Shown one piece after another: positions 1-12,969 of a stretch of 64,000 nucleotides of DNA. How positions within the stretch are numbered: the first letter of the stretch is position 1; each line of letters starts with the position of its first letter. Below the pieces are notes generated by a model that was not told where the DNA came from, made no database searches, and worked only from the letters and a program-made list of their open reading frames with translations. Source of the stretch: Chiloscyllium plagiosum (lineage: Eukaryota); the NCBI RefSeq assembly GCF_004010195.1, contig NC_057719.1, positions 30,065,853 through 30,129,852 on the forward strand, in the 5' to 3' direction. Made by a program: the position numbers and the translations under genes.

Positions 1-356
1 CCCCAGGACATCAATGTGGACTTCAACAGTTTCCTCATTTCCCCTTCCCCCACCTCACCGTAGTTCCAAACTTCCAGCTCAGCACTGTCCCCATGACTTG
101 TCCTATCTGCCTATCTTCTTTTCCACCTATCCACTCCACCCTCTCCTCCCTGACCTATCACCTTCATCCCCTCCCCCACTCACCTATTGTACTCTATGCT
201 ACTTTCTCCTCACCCCCACCCTCCTCTAGCTTATCTCTCCACGCTTCAGGCTCTCTGCCTTTATTCCTGATGAAAGGCCTTTGTCCGAAATGTCGATTTT
301 ACTGCTCCTTGGATGCTGCCTGAACTGCTGTGCTCTTCCAGCACCACTAATCCAGA
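1..356 (+). mobile_element. Penelope-like element 3' end/pLTR with degenerate hammerhead core
   Basis: Same C-rich tail as follows the Penelope coding remnants at 19.5 kb and 23.4 kb; CTGATGA(267-273)...GAAA(287-290)TGTC. Confidence 0.8.
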
Positions 357-434
357 AAACAATTTTGAGTTGGATGCCCAGTAAACTTCAATCACAGGCT
401 CTTACTTGAATGTTCTCAGTCAGTTAGACTTATA

Positions 435-714
435 GAGGTTTAAAAAATCATGAGGGTTAGGGTAAATAGACAAGGCATTTTCCCAGGAGTGGGGGAGTCC
501 AAAACCAGAGGGCATAGGTTTAAGGTGAAAGGGGAAAGATTTAAAGAGGGTGGTTCATTTATGGAATGAGCGGCCAGAGGAATTGGTGGAGTGCTGGTAC
601 AATTACAACATCTAAAAGGCATCTGGATGAGTTTATGAATAGGAAGGGTTTGGAAGGATATGAGCCAAATGCTGGCAAATGGGACTAGATTTATTTAGGA
701 TATCTGGTCAGCAT
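435..714 (+). mobile_element. CR1/HER1-like LINE 3' fragment; its last bases resume at ~1882-1916
   Basis: Matches the 3' region of the 21515-22765 LINE (encodes ...TRGHRFKVKGERFK; tail gggactagatt). Confidence 0.85.
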
Positions 715-1881
715 TGTAGGAGTGACCTCGGTCTCTGAGGCAAGAAGACTTTGAAGGTGTCGGGAATTCAGCAGGGACAGCAATTTATTCGAGCAGTAAT
801 CAATTATAGCAAGGAGAGGAAGATCTTCACATAGGATGATTGAGCTCACTCTGTCAAACGCCTGCACGATACTACTTTTATACCTTCTTACATCAAAATA
901 TCAAGTCCGTAAGTCAATCAACTGGACGATGATTGCAATAAGTCTGTAAGCCAGTTACTAAGCAGTTAATTACATCAGGTCTGTAAATTAACTACATCAA
1001 ATTTACAGTTGGGGTAGCACGGTGGCACAGTGGTTAGCACTGCTGCCTCACAGCGCCAGAGACCTGGGTTCGATTCCCGCCTTAGGCAACTGTGTGGAAT
1101 TTGCACATTCTCCCTGTGTCTGCGTGGGTTTCCTCCGGGTGCTCCGGTTTCCTCCCACAGTCCAAAGATGTGCAGGTTAGGTGAATTGGCCATGCTAAAT
1201 TGCCCATAGTGTTAGGTGATGGGGTAAATGTAGGGGAATGGGTCTGGGTGGGTTGCACTCGGCGGGTCAGTGTGGACTTGTGGGCCGAAGGGCCTGTTTC
1301 CACACTGTAAGTAATCTAATCTAAATGAGTTCAATTAATAAGGCATTTGATTACATCAGATTGTTTTGTATTAGTTATCTACTAGTCAAATTCAAACACA
1401 CAGTACCATTTGCTTATGTGGTCACTTGCTTATCTTGTAACCTATGCCCTGAATATCCTGTGATCTGCCAAGGTTCTAACCTGCTTACTCAATTTGTTCA
1501 GCAATTAACAATGCCTGCTTGGTCCACATGGTGTGTCTTCAGTGATGCAGAGAGTCAATCACCTTAAAACTTCTTATTCTATGGTGTTGTGAGATATAAG
1601 TTTGTTTATTTTTGTATTAGGGTCCTATTTTACCAATCCACTCACAAGTGCTCTATATTTACTGCTTCCACATTTTGTTCATTCATTCATTTATAAAACA
1701 GTGGTCTCTCCACTCTCCAGTACACTGTTACCCAAAATTATGAAAAGATTATAATACTAATTCCGCCCTCCCTTCAGAACTATCTACCCAGACTTGAATA
1801 GCTTGCAGGACATCAAACAAGTTTTCTCCCTCAGCACATACCTGTTAGATACATATTAAATAGGGCCTCTGTCCCTATTCA
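715..1881 (-). mobile_element. Putative solo LTR splitting the CR1 tail (contains a SINE)
   Basis: TG...CA ends; minus-strand TATAAAA (876-882) and AATAAA (784-789); interrupts a CR1 tail; no TSD seen. Confidence 0.45.
1011..1324 (+). mobile_element. HE1-type tRNA-derived V-SINE
   Basis: A/B-box head (TGGCACAGTGG, GGTTCGATTCC), V-domain-like GGGTTTCCTCCGGGTGCTCCGGTTTCCTCCC, CR1-like tail ending (AATCT)n. Confidence 0.9.
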
Positions 1882-2309
1882 AAGGGTCTATTTCTGTGCT
1901 ATATATCTCTATGACTGAGTTGCTCAGCACTTTCCAGTAGAAAGCAGCAACTGGTGAGACATTTAGGACAAAGATCAGACTGCACTTACTGCATGTAGCA
2001 AGGTTAATGGAAGCACTTTGCACCTCCTAGGCTTTGAAGGAAAGGCTCTTGAAATTTATCTTTGAGGTGTTGTTTACTTCCTGACAGTTATACCTGGCAG
2101 AGCAAATGCTGCAGGCAGTTTTTACAAAAATGGGACTAAATGACATCCAGGTTCCATATGCTTCATGATAGTTGCATTATCAATGAGATTTTCCTTGGTA
2201 TCTAATGGAAGCCTCATCTGATGTCAAAATCAATGGTATTAAAATCTCAAATCTGAAAATTTCAGATCATTCTATTAACAATATAATTTTGGAAAATGTG
2301 CAGATCTGC

Positions 2310-3045
2310 ACTTTTGTAGGAAGAGTAGAGAACTGAATATTATTTTAAGTGAAGAAAGACTGCAGAAGGCTACAGCACAGAGTAATTTGGGAGTCCTCAT
2401 TCATAAATCACCAAAAGCTGGCATATAGGTTTAGAGGATAATAGAGAAGGTGAATGGCATATTGGTCATTTCAAAGGGATCAGTAGGGAGATTTTCCCAA
2501 ATCTATACAAGACATCAGTGCTGAATCACATCTGAAATATTGTGAAGCATTTTGATTCCCTTATCTAAGGAAAGATATACCAGTAATGGAGGAAGTCCAG
2601 AGAGGTTCTTCTGGGTATGGAGACAGGTTCTTTTTATGAAGAGAGGCTGAGTAAGTTGGGTTTATACTCAGAATTTAGAAGAATGAGAGAAAACCTTATT
2701 GGAACATACAGGATTCTTGAGGGCCTTGACAAGATATATGAAGACAGACTGTTTCCCATTGTGGGAGAATCTAGGACTAGAGCACCTAGTCTTGGAGTAA
2801 GGGGGTCACCCATTTAAAGTGGAGATGTAGAGAACTTTCTTCTGTGAGAGCGGTGATTCGGTGGACTTCTTTACTTCAGAGGGCTGTAAAGGCAGGACCA
2901 TTAAGTATAGTCAAGGCTGACAGAGACATTTTTAATCAGTAAGAGAGTGAAGGGTTATGAGGAAATGGCAGGAACGTGGAGTCGAGGATTATCAGACCAG
3001 CCCATTGAATGGCAGAACAAATGGCTAACTTCTGCTCCTGTGTAA
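2310..3045 (+). mobile_element. Degenerate CR1 LINE 3' fragment
   Basis: ORF 2617-2817 (YEERLSKLGLYS..FRRMRENLI..Y) resembles the CR1 ORF2 C-terminus. Confidence 0.85.
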
Positions 3046-4019
3046 CATCGTAACTGCTACCTGCTCCTGTCAATCATGAGTGTTAATCATTCTTTGTGGG
3101 AATTATGCTTTTCTAACTTACTCCAGAAACATTTCTCCTTTCCAGTTAGATTGACATATGTTCTTGGGAGGGAGGAACATTGGAAGGAAGATTCCATTTA
3201 TGATCTTGTTTGCATTCTATGAGAAAATGTTTAGCTTTCATGACAGGCAGGAGAAAGTCAGAAGCTGGTTGGATTAGGGCCACCATTTCCAAGGTTTGAT
3301 GCGCAGAGATGGAAGAAGTCCAATCTCTACAAACCTGACCTTTAAAACTGATTGCCGAGACATTGGATTTTTGGTCTGAGATGGCAGGCTGGATTAGAAG
3401 TCAGGACAAGTGACCCAGAAGAATCTAGGCTGCTTTGTGAATTTAGCACTGTTCAAAATTCAAAAATAAAGAATAAAAGATGACACATCCTCCAGCACTT
3501 AATCTTCCTCTCATCCTGCACACACACTCACCTATTGCCCATTCAAGTCAGCCTGTACCCCTACGTCAACCTATGATCTGCGCCCCACTTGTCCAAGTCA
3601 GCTTATGCCCCTCTTTGCACAGACATGCCAATCCACCAAACCCTCCATGATTTTATACCCTTGATGTCAACTTGAGTGTCACTGGCTAATGACCTTGTCC
3701 TTTTAGTCCCATATCAATGAAGAGCCAGCTCATGCCAACTACTTCCCATTGCCCTTCTACTTACCTCATTTAGTATTCACCATGGCAGACCTTAGGACCT
3801 ATGTGGAGATGAGATCAAATAAATCTCAATGAAATAAAATTGTCAGCATCTATTACAGCCTGACTACAGCGATAAAGCACCATTATTCATTAAAAACCCA
3901 TTTACTGTACTATATTTACATTCCTTCAACTAGCTAAATCCTTAAAAGAACAAAGGCTTAATTACAGCAAGCATTGGAATTCATAATCCTGCAAACAAGA
4001 AATCTACAATAATCTGGAC

Positions 4020-4520
4020 CATAAGAGCACAAGATATAGGAGCAGAATTAGGGCATTCAGTCCATTGAGCATGCTCCACCATTCGATCATGGCTGATATA
4101 TTTCTCAACCCCATTCTCCTGTCTTCTCCCCGTAGCCTTTGATTCCCTTACTAATCAAGAACGTATGTATCTCTGTCTTGAAGATGTACAATGATTTGTC
4201 CTCCATAGTCTTCAGTGGCAATGAGTTCCACAGATGCACTATCCTCTGGCTTGAAGAAAATTCTTCTCAATTCAGTTCGAATGGATCATCTCTTCACTCT
4301 GAGACTGTGCCCTTGGGTCCTAGTGTCTTCTACTAGTGGAAATATCTCCATGTTTGCTCTATTCAGGCCTCTCAGTATTCCATAAGTTTCAATCAGATCC
4401 CCCCCTCATCCTTCTAAATTCCATCAGGTACAGACTCAGAATCCTCAACCGCTCCTCAGATGACAAGCCCTTCATCCGTGGGATCATTCTTGTAAACTTC
4501 CCTTGGAACCAATCAAATGC
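4020..4520 (-). mobile_element. CR1 LINE 3' fragment
   Basis: Reverse complement of the CR1 tail (ataggagcagaattagggcattcag...gatcatggctgat). Confidence 0.8.
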
Positions 4521-5011
4521 CAATAGATCTTGTAAAGTGGCAGGTTACCTACTATGATGGTTGAAGAACAAATGTTTATTAAAGTCAATCATGCACTAAT
4601 CCAGTCATTGAATGTCTTCAGGCTTGTGTTTATAGAATGATATAGTGATCAATCATTTTAAAAAAATAATCCTGACATTTTTTCAAAGATAAAAGGGAAG
4701 GACTTTTAAATGCTTTGGCAACTCCCTTTGTAAGTCACAAGTTGTCCGGTATTGTTGACAGTTTTTCTTGTTGCTTTTCATACCTTGCTTTGACTATGCC
4801 ATTTGACAGTTGCCTCCATGAAAGGACTCTTTTCTTCCCCAAAGGTATGCCAGGAAAGATGCAAAAGTGTACTTTAGCTATGCAAATAAATCTCCAAAGT
4901 TCAGACCTGCTCTTACCAGTGCACTTCAAAATTCACTCTACAAGGCTACCAAAATCTCTACTTCAGTGAGATGGTTGACGATTTAAACAGCAGAGATGCC
5001 TTTATAAAATG

Positions 5012-5112
5012 ATTCTGATGAAGAGTCACTGGACTGAAAATATTAACTCTGCTTTCTTCCCACTGATGCTCAATTTCGCCAGCGAGTCCTGTTTTTGTTT
5101 CAGAACTCCAAC
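5012..5112 (+). mobile_element. Old Penelope pLTR with hammerhead-like core
   Basis: CTGATGA(5015-5021) AG AGTC-actg-GACT GAAA; tail like the 56281-56385 pLTR. Confidence 0.6.
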
Positions 5113-7264
5113 AACCATAGAGTCAGAGAGACGTACAGCACGGAAACAGACCCTTTGGTCCAACCCATCGGTGCTGACCAGCGATGTCAGGCTCACCAGT
5201 CTATAGATCCCTGGCTTTTTCTTATCGCCTTTCTTAAATAGTGGCACCAGGTTAGCCAACCCCACGGTTCTTTGTTTTATTATAGCCATAAAATGATTCC
5301 CCAACCCAATTCTTGATCCCTGCAAAAATGGGAATTTCCATGTTTGGTGGAGGGACTTACATTCTTCCGCCATTTTTGCCATGATGGCAGAAATCTAGGC
5401 CAAAGGTAAAAATCAAGAATCCAAAGACTGTTCTTGCAGATGTCCACTTCTAGTTTTAACAGGATAAGGAATTGTATTTTAAAAAGGAGCAGTTACTTGA
5501 AGATGCTAATGAAGCTACATACCAAAAATATTAAACTTACAAATGTTACAATTCCAATTCTGGTTTACCAGTGCTCAAGAAACTGAACAGCTCTTCTTTT
5601 ATGCCCCCTCCTCCATGCTCCATCTTCCTGGACCTCCGGGCCAACTTGCCCAAAAGCCAATAAACCAGCTTCTCCATCTGGCTAGTAACCAGCCAAGAGG
5701 TAGTGAGAAAGAGTTCAAAGGAGATCTAATTTTTTTTGGAGAACTTACGTTGTCGATATTCAAAAGTACAGAGATGTGCCTCTATAATTATGTAAAAAAG
5801 CTACTCTGCATCTTTCCGCCACTTAGCCAGATAATTTGGTACTTCCAGAAGTCATGAATAAGAGGACTGGAATAAGAACTTACAGACCATTTAAGTAATA
5901 ATAGGCTGAATTTTCTGGTCAGCAGCAAAGTAACAGTGCTTGGACTGATATCCAAGAAAACAGCCTAAACAAAGGTCTGGTCATCTTTATGGGCTGGATT
6001 TCTCCATTCACAATGGTTATCTAAATCTACTGCCAAATCAAGGGAATTACAGACATTTAGAAGAATGAATCCTAGAAAGTAGAATTTGCAACTAATTACA
6101 TTGAAGTATTTTTTCAGGAGGAAAACACTGACAACGCTTCATTTTTAATTTAAACTTTTAGGTCATAAAGTAAATGATTGTGATTGCATTAGAAGTAAAA
6201 ATATCTTGAACATTTTTTTTAAACTGAAGTTCTTAACTTTGTAGAGAAATTTGACCCTCCATAGATCTAAGTTTTTGAGTGCCACAGATGCATAGAAATG
6301 GTTAGACATTTTGCTGTTAAAGTACAATTATATTTTATACAATAATATACAACTCTTTTAAGGAACTTTGCAATGAGATTAACAGCATAAAAAGTGAATG
6401 TTTTCATCAATTCACAAATTGCTGAGGGACCTCAGAAGCAGTCCTGCTGGAGTAGTGTAGATTCGCTGACACAACTTCTGGATTTCTGAACTATCCTGTG
6501 CACGTGTAGACTCCCAAATTTGCTGTCAATTTCAGTCTTGCCATCACGGCCACACAAAATCAAGATTCACATTACTACAAAGGTATATCAGAAATTTGTT
6601 ACTGGCATGATTCACAATGATAATTTTCTGTTAATTTTAAAATCTCTTTTTTTTAACCAATCAATATGAGTCTATAGCAACTGAAAATCCAAAGTCGAAA
6701 CGACTGCTTTACTACAGCCTTTGACACTTATTAATGTCAGTCCAAAAACACATGGACTATGGGCGAAATGTTTTGATACTCGTTTGTGGGCTAGGAATTT
6801 TCACTAGATGTTGATAACTGACATGGATTTGCAAAATGTAGCTTATTATACACACTTTCCCTAGAAGTTTAGAAATGTTTTTATTTATATATCCAAATAA
6901 AACATTGTAGAGTTTCTCAGAGCTGCTTTAGGTTTACTTTAGAGACATAGTCATGATCACCATTTTATTGCTATTTGGTTATAAACCACTGCTTTTACAT
7001 TTCTGCACAAGGAGTTAAAACCTCACTAAAACCTTCACGGAATGTGATCTTGCAAAATGTTTCACCAGAATGTTTCCATCTGTTTCTTTCCTTGTTAAGT
7101 AAAGAACCCCGTGGCTCTCCAGATTTTTTTTCACCACAACCAGATTATATCCTCTCAGGTCCATCTGTTATCCTTCAATACCAGGACCCTGCAGCATGTA
7201 TAGAAGCAGACTGAAGTAACGGACAGTACCTTCAGGAGAGGTGGGAAGAAATCAACAGGTTTAT

Positions 7265-8365
7265 GGGTCGAATTTTACAGTTTTTGGATAAACTTTTCTT
7301 ATGGGCTTCTTGCCGCAAGGCCGAGTACATTTCTTCAATGTACCAAACACACTTCATTAATTGCCTACCGAGTCTATGTCATCTCTCATGCCCATTATTT
7401 GCTTCTCCTACCATGCGCCCTTCCAGGAACAACTGACCACTCAACAGATATCCACAAAAACCACAGTAACACTTGTGCCTGCATCATCATTAAAAGCCGA
7501 CTGTACACCCAGACAAGCACTGTCAGTCTGGAGCTGGGTACAGGTGCCTGCATGCACACTGTAGCATTACAATGACAGTTACCAGTGCAGCCAAAGGTAC
7601 AGCATTGAAGTGCGGAACTATCCTGTCATTGGATCAGAGTTATGGCATAAGGGTTTTCTGAGGCTGGCACATGTCAGATTCCAATGCCTGTGGACATGGA
7701 GTGCATATGGCCAGTGCCCATGCAGCACACCATGAATGGTCATTTGGAGAAAGCAGTGAGCTGAATCAGTTGCTAGCTCTGGTTTCCTTGTTGCATTTTC
7801 CTGACATCCAGCTTGTTTGGCAACTTTGGAGTCTGAATATGAATGAGGCCAGCTGAGTTGTAAATAAATTGTTTAACAATCAATAGTAATCGTCAATTGG
7901 CATCTCACTGCTGCCTAATGTGAATTTCAGCAAGCCACTTATGAAAAGCATAAAAGATCATAGAATCCCTACAGCATGGAAGCAGGCCATTCAGCCTATC
8001 AAATCCGCACCAACCCCCAAAGAGCATTCCACCCAGATCCATTTCCCTCCTCAAAACCTTGCAGTTCCCATGGCAATCCACCTAGTCTGACATTAGTGGC
8101 AATTTCACATGGCCAATTCACCTAACCTACATATCTTTGGAGTGTGGGAGAAAACCCACACAGACACAGGGAGAATATGCAAACTCCACAGGGTGGAATC
8201 AAATCCAGGTTCCTTGTGCTATGGGGCAGCAGTGCTAACCACTGAGTCATGATGCTGTCCAGGATGAAGCAAGATTACCTGAATGTCAAATGCTGCACTT
8301 TCATCCAATTCTGCCACAGATCTTGCCAGAGCCTACTTTGGTTAGATTCTTATAAGATTCTTCCC
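7265..8365. mobile_element. Old interspersed repeat, possibly a non-autonomous PIF/Harbinger derivative
   Basis: Ends GGGTCGAATTTTA / TAAGATTCTTCCC are roughly inverted; 7580-7720 is homologous to 26267-26408. Confidence 0.45.
7958..8240 (-). mobile_element. Older HE1-type SINE
   Basis: Diverged reverse complement of the 1011-1324 element. Confidence 0.8.
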
Positions 8366-9409
8366 AAAAGATAATTGTCATCGCCAAAATGACACTGCAC
8401 AAAAGACCCTTTCTGTCATTTGACATTTGGCTTTAGAATAAAGCTTGAAAGTATATTCACTGTGTATAAAAAATAATTAATGGAACCTCAGCAAATGAAT
8501 TGTGAAGAATATGAAAGAACTTTATGAAGTATAATGGTTTGGAAGTTCAGCTAAACTTGCATTGAACTGGAACCGTTTAACTTCCAGAAGTGGGATTGTC
8601 AGTTGTATGAAATCTAAAGTTGAACGAGTGAGATGACAAATAAGATCTCCATAAGTTAGAAGACAAGTTTTAAATGACCTGTCTAAATTAATTAATCTTA
8701 TTTAAATTTTATTTAATTTTAAATTCTGACAATGATTGTGATAATATTAAAAAATAATCACATCCTCCAGATTTGACAGTAGCTAGAATCTATCAACACC
8801 AGGCTTCAGAAGAATATCAGGAATATGTCAGATGGTAGCTGTATAGGTCTAATAAAACGCTGATTACAGTCAGCTGATCCTGGAAGAGCCTTGATGTGGC
8901 ACATATTGTTATTATGAAAGAAATATGAATACTGAACTTGAAGCTAAGTCAGGCATTTTTCTCAGGCAGGGTTAGGAGACTGTAGTAAGGGGACAGAGTG
9001 CAAGGGGTGGCAGGAAAACAAGGCATAAAGGGGATTTCATCATTTGAGGTGGTCCTTGATGGGTACAGGAGACTCCTCAAGCAGTGTAATCCCCATTCTT
9101 TCCTATCTGCGCCATGAATCCCATTTGGCTGATTGTAGTTCCTACCATGTTGCCAGTGGCATATACTATGGCAGAGGAGGCAGCATAAGCTCCTTCATTG
9201 GCCATTTTTCAGACACTTAAGGATCTCAATGAGTGTAAGGATGTAAGGATGATCAACTCCCCAAATAAGGGGACCACATCTGGAATGAATGGTGTTTGGA
9301 AGAATGTAACCATGCAGTTGAAATAGTGTACTGGCTGCCCTGATGTAGTCATGTGATTTCAACCTCAACCTTTGCGTGCCATGGCAGGAATGAAATAGCT
9401 CATATGAAG

Positions 9410-9956
9410 CATGGTGTTAGGAACAACGGTCCATCAGAGAATAAGTGAATTTCAGAGGTTTAAGAGAGCCAGCTATTGAACAGAACAGCAAGGCAGAAGG
9501 AAAGAAGACGCAGTCTGCAACTTTGAATTACTCGGAGAGTAAAAATAGCAGTGCATTTTCAATTCCCTATTGTTGCAGGAATGAAAGGGGATATGACAAA
9601 TTTGAAATTTTCTACCGGTGTCAGTGACAAATCTGTAAAATAGCTGCAAAATTAATGAGAACTCTTGCCCAATTAAGAAGAGCAACCATCTATCAGTGTT
9701 GAGGAAGGGTACTACAAGCTGCACTGCAGCCAGATCTCACTAAGGAGATAAAAGGACTGAATAGCTTTTGAAGGCTTTGAAGACATATTTTGAACCCTAT
9801 ATTATTGTTACTTATGAATGGTATGAATTCAACATCAAGGAGAGGAAGATTGACCAGTGCTTGACTGAATTGCCACATCCAGCTGAATCATGAGAGTTTG
9901 GACAACTGTAAGATGACATCATCAGAGATAGGATTGTCTTGGGCATAAGAGATCTC
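9410..9956 (+). mobile_element. Ty3/Gypsy LTR retrotransposon gag remnant
   Basis: Degenerate translation ...EFGQL*DDIIRDRIVLGIRD at ~9893-9953, a typical Gypsy gag motif; PBS-like TGGTGTTAGG near 9412. Confidence 0.65.
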
Positions 9957-10254
9957 ACACTTGCCCCACCATGTGCCAGCACCTTGCGCAGCAAACACAC
10001 TGCCTGTGCAGCAAACAGGCAGCCATGTCTCAAATTTTCAGGGGAGTCGTCCTCACTGAAACCCATGAAGGTACTAGCATCCCATACCAGCACAAGGGAT
10101 TGGCCAGGATCAAGTGTGCAGTCAATGTGTTTTTAGTAAGGGGGTGTCTTCTTCTGAAATCTGGAGAGTGGGTTATATTCAGTCCAGTTGCATTACAGTG
10201 GCCAGTCAAGGGGCAACGGCTATTATGGGGTTGCTGGAGGTGCACAGCCCATCA

Positions 10255-10350
10255 GAGTCAAGAGTATAGTACTGGAAAATCAGAGCAGGTCAGGCAGCAT
10301 CCGAGGAGCAGCAGAAGCAACGTTATCGGGAATAAGCCCTTCATCAGGGA
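10255..10350 (-). mobile_element. Penelope pLTR fragment
   Basis: Minus strand reads CTGATGAAGGGCTTATTCCCGATAACGTT...GGATGCTGCCTGACCTGCT. Confidence 0.75.
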
Positions 10351-11399
10351 TCAGGGATCTGGGTACTTATTGTCTGGGGCCATCCAGTTAGGTCATTCAA
10401 GGCAGTAGGCTATGGTCACTCAATCGGGTCTGTCCAAACAAAGTAAGGGGAAAGGAGGGCCGGGGTGTGGGGAGCTAAGTTGTTGTGGAACGGGGATGGA
10501 ACCTACTCATGGGGTTTGGGGACTGCAAGCTTGTGAAAAATGGGGTGATAACAAGTATGAAGAGAGGCAACTATATTTGTAAAGAAAGATGTGCTGATGA
10601 ATTTATTAGAATAGAATAATGCAGGAGGGGAGTTTGTTCATGATCAGGAACACTGTTGCTTCAAGTGGGAGTATGGGGGTGTGGAGGTTGGTGCAGTGAC
10701 TCCGCCTGACAATAGGGAAGAAAATAGTTCTGACCATATCCGTAATGGGCGTGGTAAGTGCCACAACCAGTAAGGAAGGGGGCTGCAGGTCCCACCAATG
10801 TGAGACTCTTTCAAGGGAAATGCCATCATATATAGAGCTATGCTCTTTACAGGGAACAGACCCATTGAGTCCCTAATCCGTCACAATCCAAATATATTGT
10901 TTTCCTGTTTGCTGCACATCCCTCTGTCCTAGACATCACTGACCACTTCTTTTTAATGAACACTTATGGACACAGAGATGAAGGAACGAATAGGAATGTT
11001 TTAAGAAGAGGGGCAAGGATGTTGGCATAATCCAAAGCCCTATGTTCACCCTAATCATCTTCCATACGCTGTGGCGGGCTCTCAACACAAATACCTATCC
11101 ATGGTACCTCCTGTACAGACATGGTTAGGCTTCATGCTGGCACAGTTACATTCTGCCAGCAAACAAATGGAGTACAAAAACAATAAAACTAATCCAAATG
11201 TGATTCTTTATACAATAAAGCTGATTCTTGTAAACAATTTAATTTTAATCAATTTCCCCAGGTGCACTGTCACCTGTTCCAACAAAGTACTCTCAATGGG
11301 TTTTTCTCTTTTTACTCTCCCACTATGTCTTAGTGTCACCCCAGGTTTGGCAACTAAAATAGGGTGAGCGTGCTCAGTAGAGGAGCCCATTGGCCTTGA

Positions 11400-12830
11400 A
11401 GGTTTGGTTAGGCAATCTTGTGGGCGTTTGAGTCTGAACAGCCCTGACATACTGAGGATCTTCTTCTCAGTTTGAATTTCCAAGGATTAGAGAGAGACAG
11501 ATAGAATGGAGGTGGAATGTGCTGAGAGGAGACTTTTAAAGAACCAGTGTATGGTTCTTCTCCCAACTGGGTGCTACTTTTCCTCCTTATGAGGAAGGAA
11601 CATCTGTAGTGTGTGCAATTTCCCTGTTCCCCCTGTTACTATGCCTTCAGTCCTGAGGATCAGTGGCTAGGGTGATAGAGTGCAGCTGTGTGCACCTCTC
11701 TCACAGATCCTGAGGGTGCTGTACCCTGGCTCTCCATAGCAGCCACCAACCTGGCACATGGTTGAGGCAGCTCCTCCCAATATCCTCCCACTCCAGCAGC
11801 CTTTGGGCAATGAGTACCATTGCTGTCCACATATCTGTCTGCTGCTCCAGTTCCTCCTCCATGAGCCTATGGATCAAGTCCCAGACTGTTGGTACCACTG
11901 CCTGAGGCTGAGCAGGTTCCTTGTCTCCAGCAGTCCTCTGAGTGCCAGTGGCTGTGGGGGATCCTTCCTCAGCCAGCTGCTGTGCTCTCCCAGTGAGGTG
12001 CTCACCCAGCTTATGCCCCCTAACCTTGCAGGCTGGTGTCAGGATCTGAGCTGGTGGAAGGTGCAGGAGATAGCCTTGCTGATGTTGCCTGTGAGGCCTT
12101 GATACTTCCTTCTTCAGGTCGAAGAGGTGGCTTCAGGGAAAACAAGCCAGTTCTCCACCGACATCATGGACATTCTGCAGGTTTCTACAAGACACCAGTG
12201 ATAAGAACAATGGTTAGAGGGGGTGTGCAATGAATGACACTAAGAGCAGGGTTAATGTGAGACTTGCAGTGGAATGAAGGCTGGAACTGACTCAGTTAGT
12301 GGAACACTGGTGTCTTGCCATCTCCATAGGGACATTCCAGGTCTTCTGCTGGAAGGGACAGGGTCCTCTCCTCGTAGGAAGTGAGGTGGTCAAACACTCC
12401 CCCACCATATGTCCTATTAAGAGGGAAAGGTGGGAATTGCGTTGAAAGGTGGTGAGGTGTTCAGTGGAAGTGTGTCAACAACACAGAGTCCTCACAGGGT
12501 TTATGATATGGGAGTAGGGAATAGAGCTGGTGAGGGAAGATGTCACACAGTCGTGAGAGTAGCAGAGAGTGAGCTAGAGGGATCGACCTCATGTGGGGCT
12601 GTGGAGGGAAGAGTGTGGCAATTACCCTGGCAGAACAGAGAAGGCTGTTAACTTTCTTATGGCACTGCTAGCTATTCCTATGCACTATTGAAAATGCACT
12701 GATCCAGGTGGCAACTTGGCCCAGGTTGCCAGTCTGGTACTGCAGTATCTTTTGCCAGTCTTCCTCTGCACCAGCCCCTCCACCAGGATCTCTGGATCTC
12801 TGTTGGAAATTCATGACAGCAGCTACTTAT
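11400..12830 (-). mobile_element. PIF/Harbinger Myb/SANT-like ORF remnant
   Basis: Minus-strand degenerate peptides EILVEGLVQRK...W.QVATWISA...R..QCHKKV (12640-12800) and RTYGGGVFDHLTSYEERT (12362-12415). Confidence 0.6.
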
Positions 12831-12969
12831 TCTCTGATATCTTCACACTGTATCCATCACTAAGCAGAGCAGCATCAAAGTAAAGTGTGAAAAGCCTTCC
12901 AAAAAACCTGACAGCCAAAAACACAGAGTTCAGGTCATGGTCTTGCATCTGAAAACACAGGACTTTATG

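Noticed and set aside
975..1303. Recurrent ORFs such as CGRKPEHPEETHADTGR (also 23355, 45711, 48638, 54403)
   Set aside because: Antisense translations of the HE1-type SINE, not genes.
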